From Microbotryum violaceum (Eukaryota), in assembly GCA_001244265.2 (NCBI GenBank), contig CDLV01000008.1, positions 1,984,001 through 2,048,000 of the forward strand: DNA of 64,000 nt. Reading direction: 5' to 3'. Within the stretch, counting starts at the first letter, position 1. Every line of letters begins with the position of its first letter. The translations under genes were made by a program, and so were the position numbers. Of the stretch, positions 1 to 10,880 are shown piece by piece. The notes under the pieces are model-generated. The model had not been told where the DNA came from, made no database searches, and saw nothing but the letters and a program-made list of their open reading frames with translations.

Positions 1-2504
1 GGAGTCGTCGATGAAGACATCGGTCTTCATCGCCGCAAACATTCGGATGGTGAGCGCCGTCAGTTGCTCGAACTCGGGTTCCTTGAATTGCTGGTACGAA
101 AGCGGTCCCAGGTCACGCAAGATGAACAGTTCCCGTTCGATTGCTTTCCATTTTTTTCCTTTTCTCGGCTAAGGGCCTGACAATCACACCCTCCACTCTC
201 GCGAGGTACGGCCGAGACAACAGCTGCGCACGAGTCATGCGAGCGATCGCGTCGGAGGACAACATCATGGAGTGCTCGCGTGCCTTCGAGTCCAAGTCGC
301 CGACGAGGATATTGATGAAAGTGCTGCCACTGTTGATACCAATCAGATGCATATAATCCAATGGTAGGAACGTGGAGTAAGCATCCTTGAACAAGTCAAG
401 CGCCTCGATCGGAGCTTCGCCTGATATCCCCGTACGACGCCGCAGCGATTCAAGCTTGGTCGGGTGTCGTTTCATTGCTTTAACCACCCGACGGTAGTGC
501 TTGTAGTTGCGCTCGTTATCCAATCGAACGTCCCGTCCACCGGGGGTTTGGAATGTTGTGGCGGTGTGGACAAGCCCAGCCCACTCGGGATGGTCGAGCA
601 CCGATACAATCACTCCCTCGTCGTTTTCGAACACTTTCGCATGAGGAACACAGAACGGCAGATAGCCTTTAGTGTTTCCAGGTGCGTAATGAGGTATGCT
701 GATGATCGAGCAGATCAAGCACGAAGCGAGGCCTCTTGCTCCCACAAGGTTTCCAAGGGCTGCTTGCTCCAGCGTGTCGGCTATGCAAGCCACGATCCTG
801 TCTCTGCAAAGCACGTGCCTGTCCCGAGCGGCTGAAAAGGATGGGCGCTCCCCTTCGAAGATGTGAAGCTGTTCACAGAATGTTTCAAGGAATGACTGCT
901 CGTCTTTGGGTTTCTGAGGGCCGTGCACGGAGATGACAAAGTGCGATGATAGCTTCCAACGAAGTTCGGGGGCAGGGTCATGGGTATCACCCCAGAGATG
1001 TGGGCGTTGACCTTGCGATTGGCGTTGGAGTGCGCGAGCACTTCGGTTCCATCGGAGAAGGTTGCAAGAGGGATGTCATCCGGCTTGAGATCGCCGTTTG
1101 CGTAAAGCGTCCGTGCGTGTAAGCCGTCAACCCATCGCCTCACGACCGGGTAAGAGCCCGAGCCACCTGACGCCTTGTGCAAGTCGACGACGTCGTCGCT
1201 CGGCTTGGCATTGGCGAGGGTAGGACCGATTACTGGGTGTGCACGAAGCGCTTCAACAAAAGGGGCGGGGTCATAAAAACGCTGCGTTGACCGTGCAATC
1301 TTCTCGCCATTCTTCCCCAGTGTGAAACGGTTCTCGCGGCACCCGGGCGTTGGACACTCCTCAAGATCTTCGAGCCGTTTGGCGCCATAGGACACGCAAC
1401 CTTTGGGGCACTTCCCGACCTCCACAGTTCTGAAGCCGGTGAGATGTCGTATCGTTCGGACCATTTTGTATTCGGACATGTCGCTGAGGTCGGCGTTGTG
1501 GAAAGTGTAGGTGTGCAGCAATGTGAGGAGGTCAGTCCAAGCGTCTCTCGAAAGCGAATGGTCCCGCTTGAACAAGTAAAGTTGTAGCTTTGCAAGGTCA
1601 TGGGGTGGAAGCGTTCGACTTTGAAGTCCTGTATGAGGTAGTTACAGCATCAGCCCTCGTGTTCGTGTCAAATACGACCACTTGAAGCACAGCAAAACTT
1701 TGAGTCACCTTCGGCACCAAGCTCGGCGAGATGAGCCTCAAGCGCGGCAATGTCATGTTCAGTGGGCTCGGGCTCTTCTGCCTCCCCTTGGACATCCTCT
1801 TCCTCTCTTGCGCCTCTCAGAAAGTTCTCATCGCTTTGCTCTCCACCCGCATGGGAGTCCGTATCGCTGGTATCTTTGTCACTATCATGTTCCTCCTGCG
1901 CTTCTGAGCCCAATTCGAGTTCCAGATCGTCGAGCTCCTTCGGACCGCGCATCTCCTCTTCGTCTACGACCATCTTTTCTCCCTCTTCATCTGCGGCTTC
2001 ATTGAGGTTTCCTTGGAGATCGTCTTCGTCGCCATTTTCGTTCGCCTCTCCGCCGAATTCTCGATTCATATCATCGGCGTTATCGTCATTGACCGCCATT
2101 GGGATCGCGTGACCGACTGCTGCCGGCAAAAGACGTCCCCGAAGGTCAGAATAGAGATTGGCCAAGATGAGTGAATTCGTTGACGGACCTGGTGTAGCCC
2201 CCTTTCGCTTCCAGCACTTGGCTAGTTCTTTCGCGCCTCCGCCTGGCCGTCGCTGTTTAACGTCCTTTTTGAGATGCGTTGCCCAGGTTCTTCTTGTAAG
2301 CCAGGCTCCAGACTTGGACCGGCACGCTGAGCATACGCAGTACCTCCATTCATTGTAGTGTGCTTTGTCATGCTCGGGCAGTTCGACAAGACCGCTCAAC
2401 GGACGTGTGTCTGCAAGCTTCTTCTGGATGCGGTTGATTTGTGATTGCTCGATCTACTGTCTCCACTGCGCAACTAGGTCTGGTTCGACTCTGCTGTGAG
2501 ACAT
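1..2504 (-). pseudogene. CACTA (Transposase_21/Tnp2-like) transposase, disrupted
   Basis: Motifs CVCSAC, CPKGCVSY..CPTPGC..RF, FSDG, LPP[ELR]W..GPQKPKD..SFL, LDYMH and WKA.E. The ATG at 2504 is followed by an in-frame TAG at 2454-2456. Frameshifts lie in the G5 run (968-972) and T7 run (151-157), and there is an intron at ~1630-1709. Confidence 0.8.
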
Positions 2505-2830
2505 GACAAAACCAGTGTGTGACTGACGCCTTGGAAGTGGGGATATGGCCTCACAACCGTAGGGAGAGAAAGAGGGGGCGGAAAAGTACCCAGTAGCCAC
2601 CGCTGAAGGCGCTCGTCACCGCCAGTGATGTTCCGGCGTGGGCGTGGGCGGCGAGTTCGGCAGCGTTGTCGCGGTTCGACTAAATATCCGCCACACCAGC
2701 TAGGGGCGTTCGACGTTCGCTTCCGAACTCGCCCCTCTCCTCTCGCTCCGCCACGCAACTCGCCACGCCGCCTCGTTTGCACCTCTGCGTCAGGTCACGC
2801 GTGAACAGCACCCTCAAATCACTTCCACCA

Positions 2831-4615
2831 ATGTCGTCCAGCAACTCCGAGACCATCGACTGGCGTGGTCGTGCTGAGAAAGCCGAGCGAGCCTTGGTAC
2901 TACAGCAACTCGAGTCCGAGCGCGATCTTGCCTGCGCGCAGCGTGACGTTCTTCAAGCACGAGTTGCTGCGCTCGAGACCGCAAACGAGAGCATCAGAGG
3001 AAGGAATGAGTATTTGGAAAACCGCGATCGGATCAAGGTAGAACATGGTAAGTGTACCAGCTCGTCCCCAAGATTGAACCTGTGTCTGCCGGAGCTAGCA
3101 CGGACCGCTTTAGACCTTCTGCTGCTAGGCCAGTGCTACGGTGGACTCTCATCTCGCAAACCCCTCGCAAACCCCTTGCAACACTCACTGAATCGTTTGT
3201 TGAGCCTGATCAAAACGACCTTTTGAATTGCAGAGATCAAGTCATTGATGTCGGGAGCTAGTCGTCGCAAGCGTGTGCTCGACACGACGCAGCTTTCAAA
3301 CAACGACAACCACGCCGAGCACCTCTCCACCGACCCCACCTGCCTCAAGCTCCAAAACGAGCTGCAAGGGTATGTACGACAGGAAGCCATCAAGGACCAC
3401 CTGCACTAGATGAAGCTGGACGACGGCAAGGACGACCCCGAGGTCAACATCAATGCGACGGCGCTGCGTGAAGTCAAGATCGAGGCGGCCCACGTGGCCA
3501 TGGCCAAAATTGAGCAGCGCAGCAACGGAGCCGTCACGCTTACATGGCCCGCCGTAACTACTACCATCGCCGAACTCGCAACTTCCAGTATCTTCGAGGC
3601 CGGCATTGCGTTCGGCTCGCAGAACGAGAACAGGGTCCGATTAACTGTTGATATCATCGAATCGAGGTACCCGGCTCTGCAGATGTCGCCGCCTACTTCG
3701 CTCGTTGTCAAGCAACTTCTTGCGACCAAAATTGCGAATGTGGCGAGAACTTCCTCCACCCGCGCCACCAAACGTCGCAAAGGCTTGAGCGACAACGTCA
3801 CTGCGAGTGATTCTGCGAGCGCCAAACGCCTCGAGGCCGTAGGTGATGGCACCATGACTCGCAACCACGACAAGGCGCCAAGCATCATGGGGTCGGACGC
3901 CACCACGTCTCAAGTGGTCGATTGCGAACCTCCCAACCACACTGGTTCTGAAATAGGGTCACCTTCTCCCCACTCGGAAGCGGGACTCGAATCGATCTTG
4001 GCGGCGCAGCACGTTGTGATCGCGTCCAATGTAAGCTCCACTTCAAGACACGCTGTTCTCGTTCGCTCCCGCGGGACGCTAATAAGCAAAATGTGTCGCA
4101 GTCCGAGCATCAAACCCGTCGTGAACCGATTATTGCGAGAATGCCAATGAGCGTGTCGAGGGTCACTCGCCGCCCGGCGCGAAAGGGAGGCAAGGAGGCG
4201 GCCAGTTCGGTCACACATTACAGTAAGTAAATCGTTGCCGGGATCACATTGGCACCTCAAGAGAACTGACCGTGCATCGAGCCTGTACTCGATCTAGCCG
4301 TGCAAGAGCTTTCGCGTTTGGACTTCGCCACCATTGCGGCCTCCTTTGACCCCCCTCAAACGCCCACCGCGAAGAATCGCAAGGCGGCGGCGAAAGAACT
4401 ATTCCCCGTCAGTCACCCCTATTCCGCTGTTACAACTTCATCTCTTCCCAACCAGGAAACTAACCAGCATGCTTGTGGTCAATCGGTCCCTGCGTAGGAG
4501 CTGGCGGCTCAAATCGATGCCTACAAGGCCTTCGTCGGCAAAGCAGACTGATCCTTTCTTGGAAGGCCGAATGAGCGTCAACGTTCTGATCAAAGTGTTG
4601 TGTGTCAACATGTAG
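2831..4615 (+). pseudogene. Second, divergent gene of the CACTA element (coiled-coil N-terminus, TnpA-like position), disrupted
   Basis: ATG at 2831 and GT-AG introns link ORFs 2777..3226, 3410..4150 and 4300..4497. An in-frame TAG lies at 3407-3409 (HLH*MKL). It sits inside the element. Confidence 0.45.
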
Positions 4616-4838
4616 TCAGATGTATCTTTCTATCCCACGCCGTGCTCGTTTCTCATGAACCTCGTTCAGCATGTTTGCCTGTCAGCAGCCCAAGTCGACG
4701 TGGCTTTGCTATGGAAAGTTGCACTCTTTTCGTCCGGTTGGACATGATTTATTAGCCTATACATGTTGTCACCACACCTCTGAAGAAAGAGAGTGTGAGT
4801 CGAAATATATTCCGCTGGCCTGATGTCCCTATTCGTCC

Positions 4839-5127
4839 TGTCATCGTGTACACTACATTGCAGGAGCGCTCTCAACTCCAGCATGCGGAGATTGGGGGAT
4901 GGGAACTTGGGCGCGCTCGGACCTCTTTGAGCTTGGACTTAGAATATCCGAGCTGCGACTGGCGCAGCTCTCTCTCTCTCTCTCTTTCCTTAACGTTCCC
5001 AATCCTTTTCTATTCGGCATCTTTGTTTGCTCACTGCGCTGCTCCTCATAGGTTAGTGTAATATATCATGAAAGATCCCAATCCTATTACTCGGTATCTT
5101 CGTTTGCTCACTGCGCTGCTCCTCATA
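4839..5127 (+). mobile_element. Short interspersed repeat / solo-LTR-like insertion, copy 1
   Basis: Runs TGTCATCG...CTCCTCATA and is flanked by the 5-bp direct repeat CGTCC (4834-4838, 5128-5132). Its 3' ~50 bp are duplicated internally. It is homologous to 54970-55178 in inverted orientation. Confidence 0.75.
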
Positions 5128-6308
5128 CGTCCAACCTGCTTGCAAAAGTCAGGCAAACTAGCCAGATTTTTGCCGATTAGATTTCCAATTTCAAATCGAC
5201 TTTCACTGCTTGAAGCGCGCACGAAGCGCGCGCCGCCTCTCTCCCTCCTGCTCCACACATGCCGACATCATGGTCACCGCCAACTTAACTGAAGCGCCCT
5301 TGGCATTGCCAACTTGCAGCATTCGACTCACTGACTTGATCGGCACCAAGCCAGTGACTGAGTTTAGATGACTTACAATCTCGATGCTACCCGGTCACTC
5401 AACATGGCCCGTGCTTTTGGTGTCACGTGTCCGACTCGGCCTCGCTCGATAGTACGTCGCACCGATCACGCTGACGCACTGATCAGCAGCTTGTTCCACC
5501 GACTCTGTGATGCTCCCCAGGTTATCTCGCTATCATCCTTATTTCGTATACTAACCACATCAATCAATCGTTCTGCACTATGACCTAGCCTTGCTCGGCG
5601 GTCCGAGTCAACTGCACTTCTCTCGAAGTCAAGGAATGGCCACCTGTGGGCTTCCTGAACAGAGACAAGTGTGAGCAAGCTTTGCTCTATCGTCCGCTCG
5701 CTGATGCCAATGCTTGCATTAACATCGAGAACAGTGCCACAGGCCACACTGCTTCGCCTCCGAATCGATGCTGTAGACGGGAGCTTCGAGGTGAGCAGTC
5801 AGTCGGTTATCCAGGCTCGACGAGAAGATGTTTAAGATGTGTACAGGCATATTTCAGGACCTGATGTTGAACTATAGGGTAAGTCTCCAGTTCGTTCCTA
5901 CACTATGAGCGGGCTGATTCTGATCCGTCGCGCAACAGCAGGCGTGCGTCCGATCGACGCTTCGAGTTTGATCAGTCGAGTGAGTTAGCCACCAGACTGA
6001 GTCCGAGGTGATCCACTGAATATAGCCCGACACTCATCATCAGCCTTGTGTGTCATTGACAGGTTTAGTGGCAAGATTCGAGGGTGGAAGGTGAGTCGGC
6101 CTTGCTGGGCCCGAGTCTTCGAGCCGGTCCGACTTAGCGATTTCACGAGTTGAGGCCGAGTGCCTCATCAGGCCTCAGGCGCTCAGGCTCAAGGTTCGAG
6201 TCGTATGCTTGATTTAATGCAATGGAATTGGCAGTGCCACTTTACTATATCTTTACTGTACATGCAAAGGAGAGCGAAGAAAGGGATAGTATAGGCTACT
6301 ACATTATT

Positions 6309-6567
6309 ACAACCGCGGTTATGTGCGGTTGCAACCGCGGTCACAAAAGTTCGTAACCGCAATCACTTGATCTACTACAACTGCGGTTAGTGCGGTTGCG
6401 ACCGCGGTTGCCATTTGCTACTGCGGTTGGCAACTGCGGTAAAAGCGCACCTCTGCATTCCACTTTCTAGGCCTGAAGTTGAACCGCGGTTACTTTCGAA
6501 TGGCTGGACGGGCGACGTCTGTTCCACCAACCGCGGTCAACTGCGGTTGCGCGGATTTTCCGTAGGG
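6309..6567. repeat. Subterminal repeat array of the CACTA element
   Basis: More than 10 copies of AACCGCGGTT/ACTGCGGTT-like motifs, ending at a CCCTAC-type terminus. Confidence 0.75.
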
Positions 6568-7380
6568 CACGGACACCAAGGAGGCCCATCGTTGCCTGGT
6601 CGTACCCCGCACAAATTCGGGGCCTGTTGTAAGGTACGCGCCTCTGATGTGCATAAAATACGATCTGTCGTTCTTGACCGCTAGGCTAAGAGCAAATCGT
6701 AACTAGAACTCGACAGTTCTAGCTACTCAGGGGCTACCTATGGGGCTGTTCCTGTAAGGCATCCCCTTATACCTGTGCCCATCGCAACAGCACCCCGAGC
6801 GGACATATCCCATGTGCTGCCTACATGTGGGTGCCTCGTCTGATCACGGCCATGTTTCAAATCGTAGCATAGGGTGCCTTGTGTAAACTACCAGGTGGCC
6901 GGCGGCGAAGTGAAGGACGGCGTTTGAAGACCTGCAGGGCGAATTTCAACCTCCAAGTCGCCCCGGACCCAGCTATTAGGCTCGCGGGGGTCACGCGCGT
7001 TTCTGAAGCTTCCCCGGGATCCCGAGGCGAGGGCAAAGATGACTCGATCTAAAGAGGACTCGTTTGCGAAAATGTCACCAAATGCCATTACCTATTAGTA
7101 AGCGCTCTCCATGTCCGATCAGGCGGCGTTAGTAGGTTGAATGACGTCGACCACCGCACCGATCTCGGCGACCGTGTATAAACAAAAAGCAAAAGGTCGC
7201 CGGTGGTGGGGAGGGGCCCCGTGCCTCAGTGTGCCCGAGACCTCAGCTGACTTACTCTTCACATTGTCCTTTTGACACCCACCCACCGCAAACCGACAAG
7301 CAGAAGAAGGAGACTTCCCCCGAACGACAACTCATACACACCTTACACCGCGAACCGCAGACACACACCGCGCCCCCATC

Positions 7381-9355
7381 ATGCTGACCCGAGCCACGGC
7401 CACGACGCAGGCGTTCCACCCTGTCGACAAGGCCGCGCACGTGGATGCGGCGCCACTAGAAGCCCACGGACGCGGCGCCGAATCTGATTCGGACTCGGCC
7501 TCGCTCGCCTCGAGCCACGACTCGGAACTCTTGATCAACTATGCCGTGTCGAGGATCCCGGAAGAGAACGAAGGTGTGAAGTCGTTCGCGACGACACGCC
7601 AAGCCAAGGACCGACGTCCCCCGTCCACTTTTTACCTCAAGAAGCGCTCCGAGATGAACATCGCCGAAAAGCTGTGCCAACTCGCCGACACCCCCGTCGA
7701 GATTCATCGCCTCCAACCTGCCGATCTCGACCGCGGCCCACCACCGTACCTGAACCCGGTGTGGGATATTTGGCACATTTTCTGGAGCTCGCTGCCACCG
7801 CTCGTCGTGCAGGAGGTGTGCTACGCGATCTGGCCCAACTACCGGTGGCCGTGGATCGTGCAGTACCCTGTCTTTTTAGTGGGTCTGATCCATTTCGCCA
7901 TCCAGGCTGTGCATCGACTCAACCGTGAGTGCTCGCTCCGAGGGGTTACAAAGTGAGGGAACATTGGAAGCTGATGCAAGCTTGGATGGGATGTCACGCC
8001 AGGTTACGCGCTTAAGTACGGCACCCTGGACGAAAAGGAAATTGGGCGGGATCGCACCCCGGACAAGTCGGTCCCGCATCTCGCCATAGGGATCGTCAGC
8101 TACGTCTTTGTGCGCATGGCCCTACCCTTCGTCCTGCACTACGACCGCTCGGTCGCGCACCCGCTCTTCAACTTTACGTGGACCTTCCCACTGCGCTTGA
8201 TCCTGTGGGAAATTGTCTTGGTCCGTTTTTCTTTGCGCAGCTCGGTGCTAGCTTGAGGGTTCGCTGCGTGGCTGACAACGGTCCTCTTGTAGGACTATTT
8301 CTTTTACGTCTACCACCGAAGCTCGCACGAGGTCGATGCGTTGTGGTTCATGTGAGTTGGAAAGTGTCGCGTCGGGGGACACTTGCCCTTCCGAAGTTTA
8401 TTCTATACTGATTCCTCTTTGGTCTCCTATAACGGCCCCTCTGCTCTCGTTACAGCCAGTAAGTGGCACTTATGAGCGGGTTGTAGGTAATTCAGAAGAG
8501 TGGTGCTAATCTCGAGCTCGCTTGCGCTCCCTTTGCAGCATGCACCACCACACGACCAAGCACCCAACTCACATCCTCTCAATCCTTGCCGAGGAGTACC
8601 AGGAGATGCTCGAGGTGCTCATCGTCCCTTCGCTCGCTTCGTGGCTCGTGCCCATGACGCAGAGCGAGCTGTACGTCGCCCTCGCCGCGACGATGTGGGT
8701 CGAGATGCAAGGTAAGCTCCGAGAACCTCTGTTTTCGTCTCGTGCCCCGCCCTGCGCCTCCGTACAGGCGCTGACATGCTCGTATCGCCTACTTGCTCTG
8801 ACCCTCGACTCGGGAAACTCCTTTGAATTCGCACTGGACCTCGATCAGGACATTGCGGCGTGCGAGGTGAGTTTAGTTCTGGTCAGTATCACTCGTTCGC
8901 GAAGGAAGTCAGAACTGACGCGTGCTCTTCACGTGCTTCTACGTATTTTTACATACTGAAGCGCACTGGCGGCAACCAATTGCGTCTTTCATTTTGAAGT
9001 ATTTTGACATGGATCTAGCCGTGGAGGATCACGACATGCGTAGGTTTTTATCTCGAATCGAGTATCGAGCCGTCACCGGCCACTTCGTCGCAAGCGCTGA
9101 CCGAGCCCTCCCCGCCCTTTTCCGTTCATGCCCCTATTTTCTGTTACACATTGTGCTTTCACATCTTCAGATCATCGTGGAGGAAAGAGCGGGTGCGTCC
9201 AAATCACTAATGTTCGAATAACTACACAGAGTAATCACGATCGCTGACGTAGTCTCTGACTTTTCCATAGGCGAAATTACGGCAAGCAAACTCGAGTTTG
9301 GGACAAACTTTACGGCACTTCGGCAGAACGGATCGAGACGTACGGAATGTTCTGA
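7381..9355 (+). CDS. Fatty acid hydroxylase / sterol desaturase superfamily protein, paralogue 1 (multi-exon)
   Basis: After splicing it has His boxes YHRSSHE, HMHHHTTKHP and EDHDMHH, a C-terminal NYGKQTRVWDKLYGT..ERIE and hydrophobic segments. Stop TGA at 9353-9355. Confidence 0.9.
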
Positions 9356-10880
9356 ACGAGGCAGTGTCGTGGGGGTCATGCGTCCAGGGGTCAGTGGTCC
9401 AGACAAACTTGTAGATTTGGGGAGTTGCGCGGTGCCAGATCGAGGAAGATGGCGAGCGCGAGTGGTGTCTGGGCAGAACTCAGATTGATGAAGGGCGTAC
9501 ACGCGGATACTGTCGAAGGCCCCGATTTCGTTTTCTCTCTCTCCCGCATCCTCAACACACGTTCGCCCAATCGCTTCGCTACAAGTTGATTGTTGGCCTT
9601 GGCGAGACAGGTCATTCATTCACGACACGTACTGCGTGCGAAACTCCATTCATTCAGTACATTAACCCCGAGATCATAACAGGCACATATCATCGAGTCT
9701 GCTACGGGAGTAATCTCATCCTTGCGCGCTCCTTCGAGACCGCATCCAGTAACGATCGGCAAAGCTTTGCATGTATTGAATGGCCCGCAACCGTCTTATT
9801 GCAATCTACTTTGAGCGTTCGAAGTGCCTGATTCCCTCGTACCAACTACCGGAGGAGGAGGCGCAGCGACTTGGAGAACTGCGCACGCAGGAAAGTGTAA
9901 GACAGGGAGGGAGTCCCAATTTCAGCTTACGACAAGGATTGAAATGGCGCGCCATACTGGATGACTCGGAACATTGAAGGGGCAGAACAAGCGCCTTCAA
10001 ACTTCGGCTTGTGAAGTCGTGGGTTTCGGCCTTGGAGGCTTTATCGGTCTCAGCAGTCAAAGGGAGGTCTGAAGCCAGTGGTTCGTTCGCTGATCGAAAA
10101 ACCACATTCGTCGACAAGAATCGCGCCTGTCTGGTCCAAGAAACGAGTGGTTGGGTCAAGGCCGCAGGCGTTTGAGGCTTTACTGTGTCGTATACCTGTG
10201 TTCACTTGAGAGGTACGAAGGGTCTGGTATTGGACGTCCAAGGCATGTTCAGTGTTCCTCCTGAACATCCCGAACGAAGAAGGAGACCCGCAGTGGTCTC
10301 ATCGTGTCGCTCGACAACGTCGACGCCCACTTCAAGGTGTGATGCAAATGGTGTAGCCGTCTTTGATGGGGAAATGAAGCGTGGCGAGCTCCGCCTCAAG
10401 ATCCGGACCGTGAAGGACGTCGTGAAGGACCATGTCCTTGCCATTCGTCGAGAAGCGCAGGGAGCTAGTGCCACTGACGAAGCCTCCAGAACCGAACGCC
10501 GCCGCTTCTTCCAACTAGGCTCAGACGACTTCCTGACGAATCTTTGAGTATTTTGCGCATGCTGTTTCGAAAACAGTTAAAAATACTTGGATTGCAGCAG
10601 CCAGTATACGATTTCTTTTTCTGTTCAGTCACGTGAAGACTCCTGAGAACGATTTTGGGGGGTGAGACTATTTTCAATATATCCATCGAGGGAAGCCGTA
10701 TCATAGATAGGTGTGGGGTGGTAGGGATGGGACAAAGGGGACTCAAGACATGCGTTCCGATTACAGTAAAAAATAACATAGCGGTGAAAAGTGAACGGGC
10801 GACTACGATGTCGAAGGGTCAAAAGGTCGAACAAGGGGCCGAGGGTACGAAAATGACCCTACACCATAGTCCACATGCTA

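Larger units (their letters stand above)
1..6567. mobile_element. Decayed CACTA/EnSpm-type DNA transposon, right part; the other end lies outside the window
   Basis: Tnp2-like transposase remnant on the minus strand and a divergent second ORF. There is a dense array of (A)ACCGCGGTT/ACTGCGGTT subterminal repeats at ~6309-6550. The putative terminus is ...GATTTTCCGTAGGG (reverse complement CCCTACGGAAAATC, CACTA-like). Confidence 0.7.

Noticed and set aside
151..972. Programmed ribosomal frameshifting in the transposase
   Set aside because: The two shifts go in opposite directions in homopolymers and come with nonsense codons, which fits decay or sequencing error better.
9780..10547. Gene between the convergent hydroxylases
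   Set aside because: Short ORF pieces broken by stops, with no recognisable domain or consistent splice model; at most a relic.
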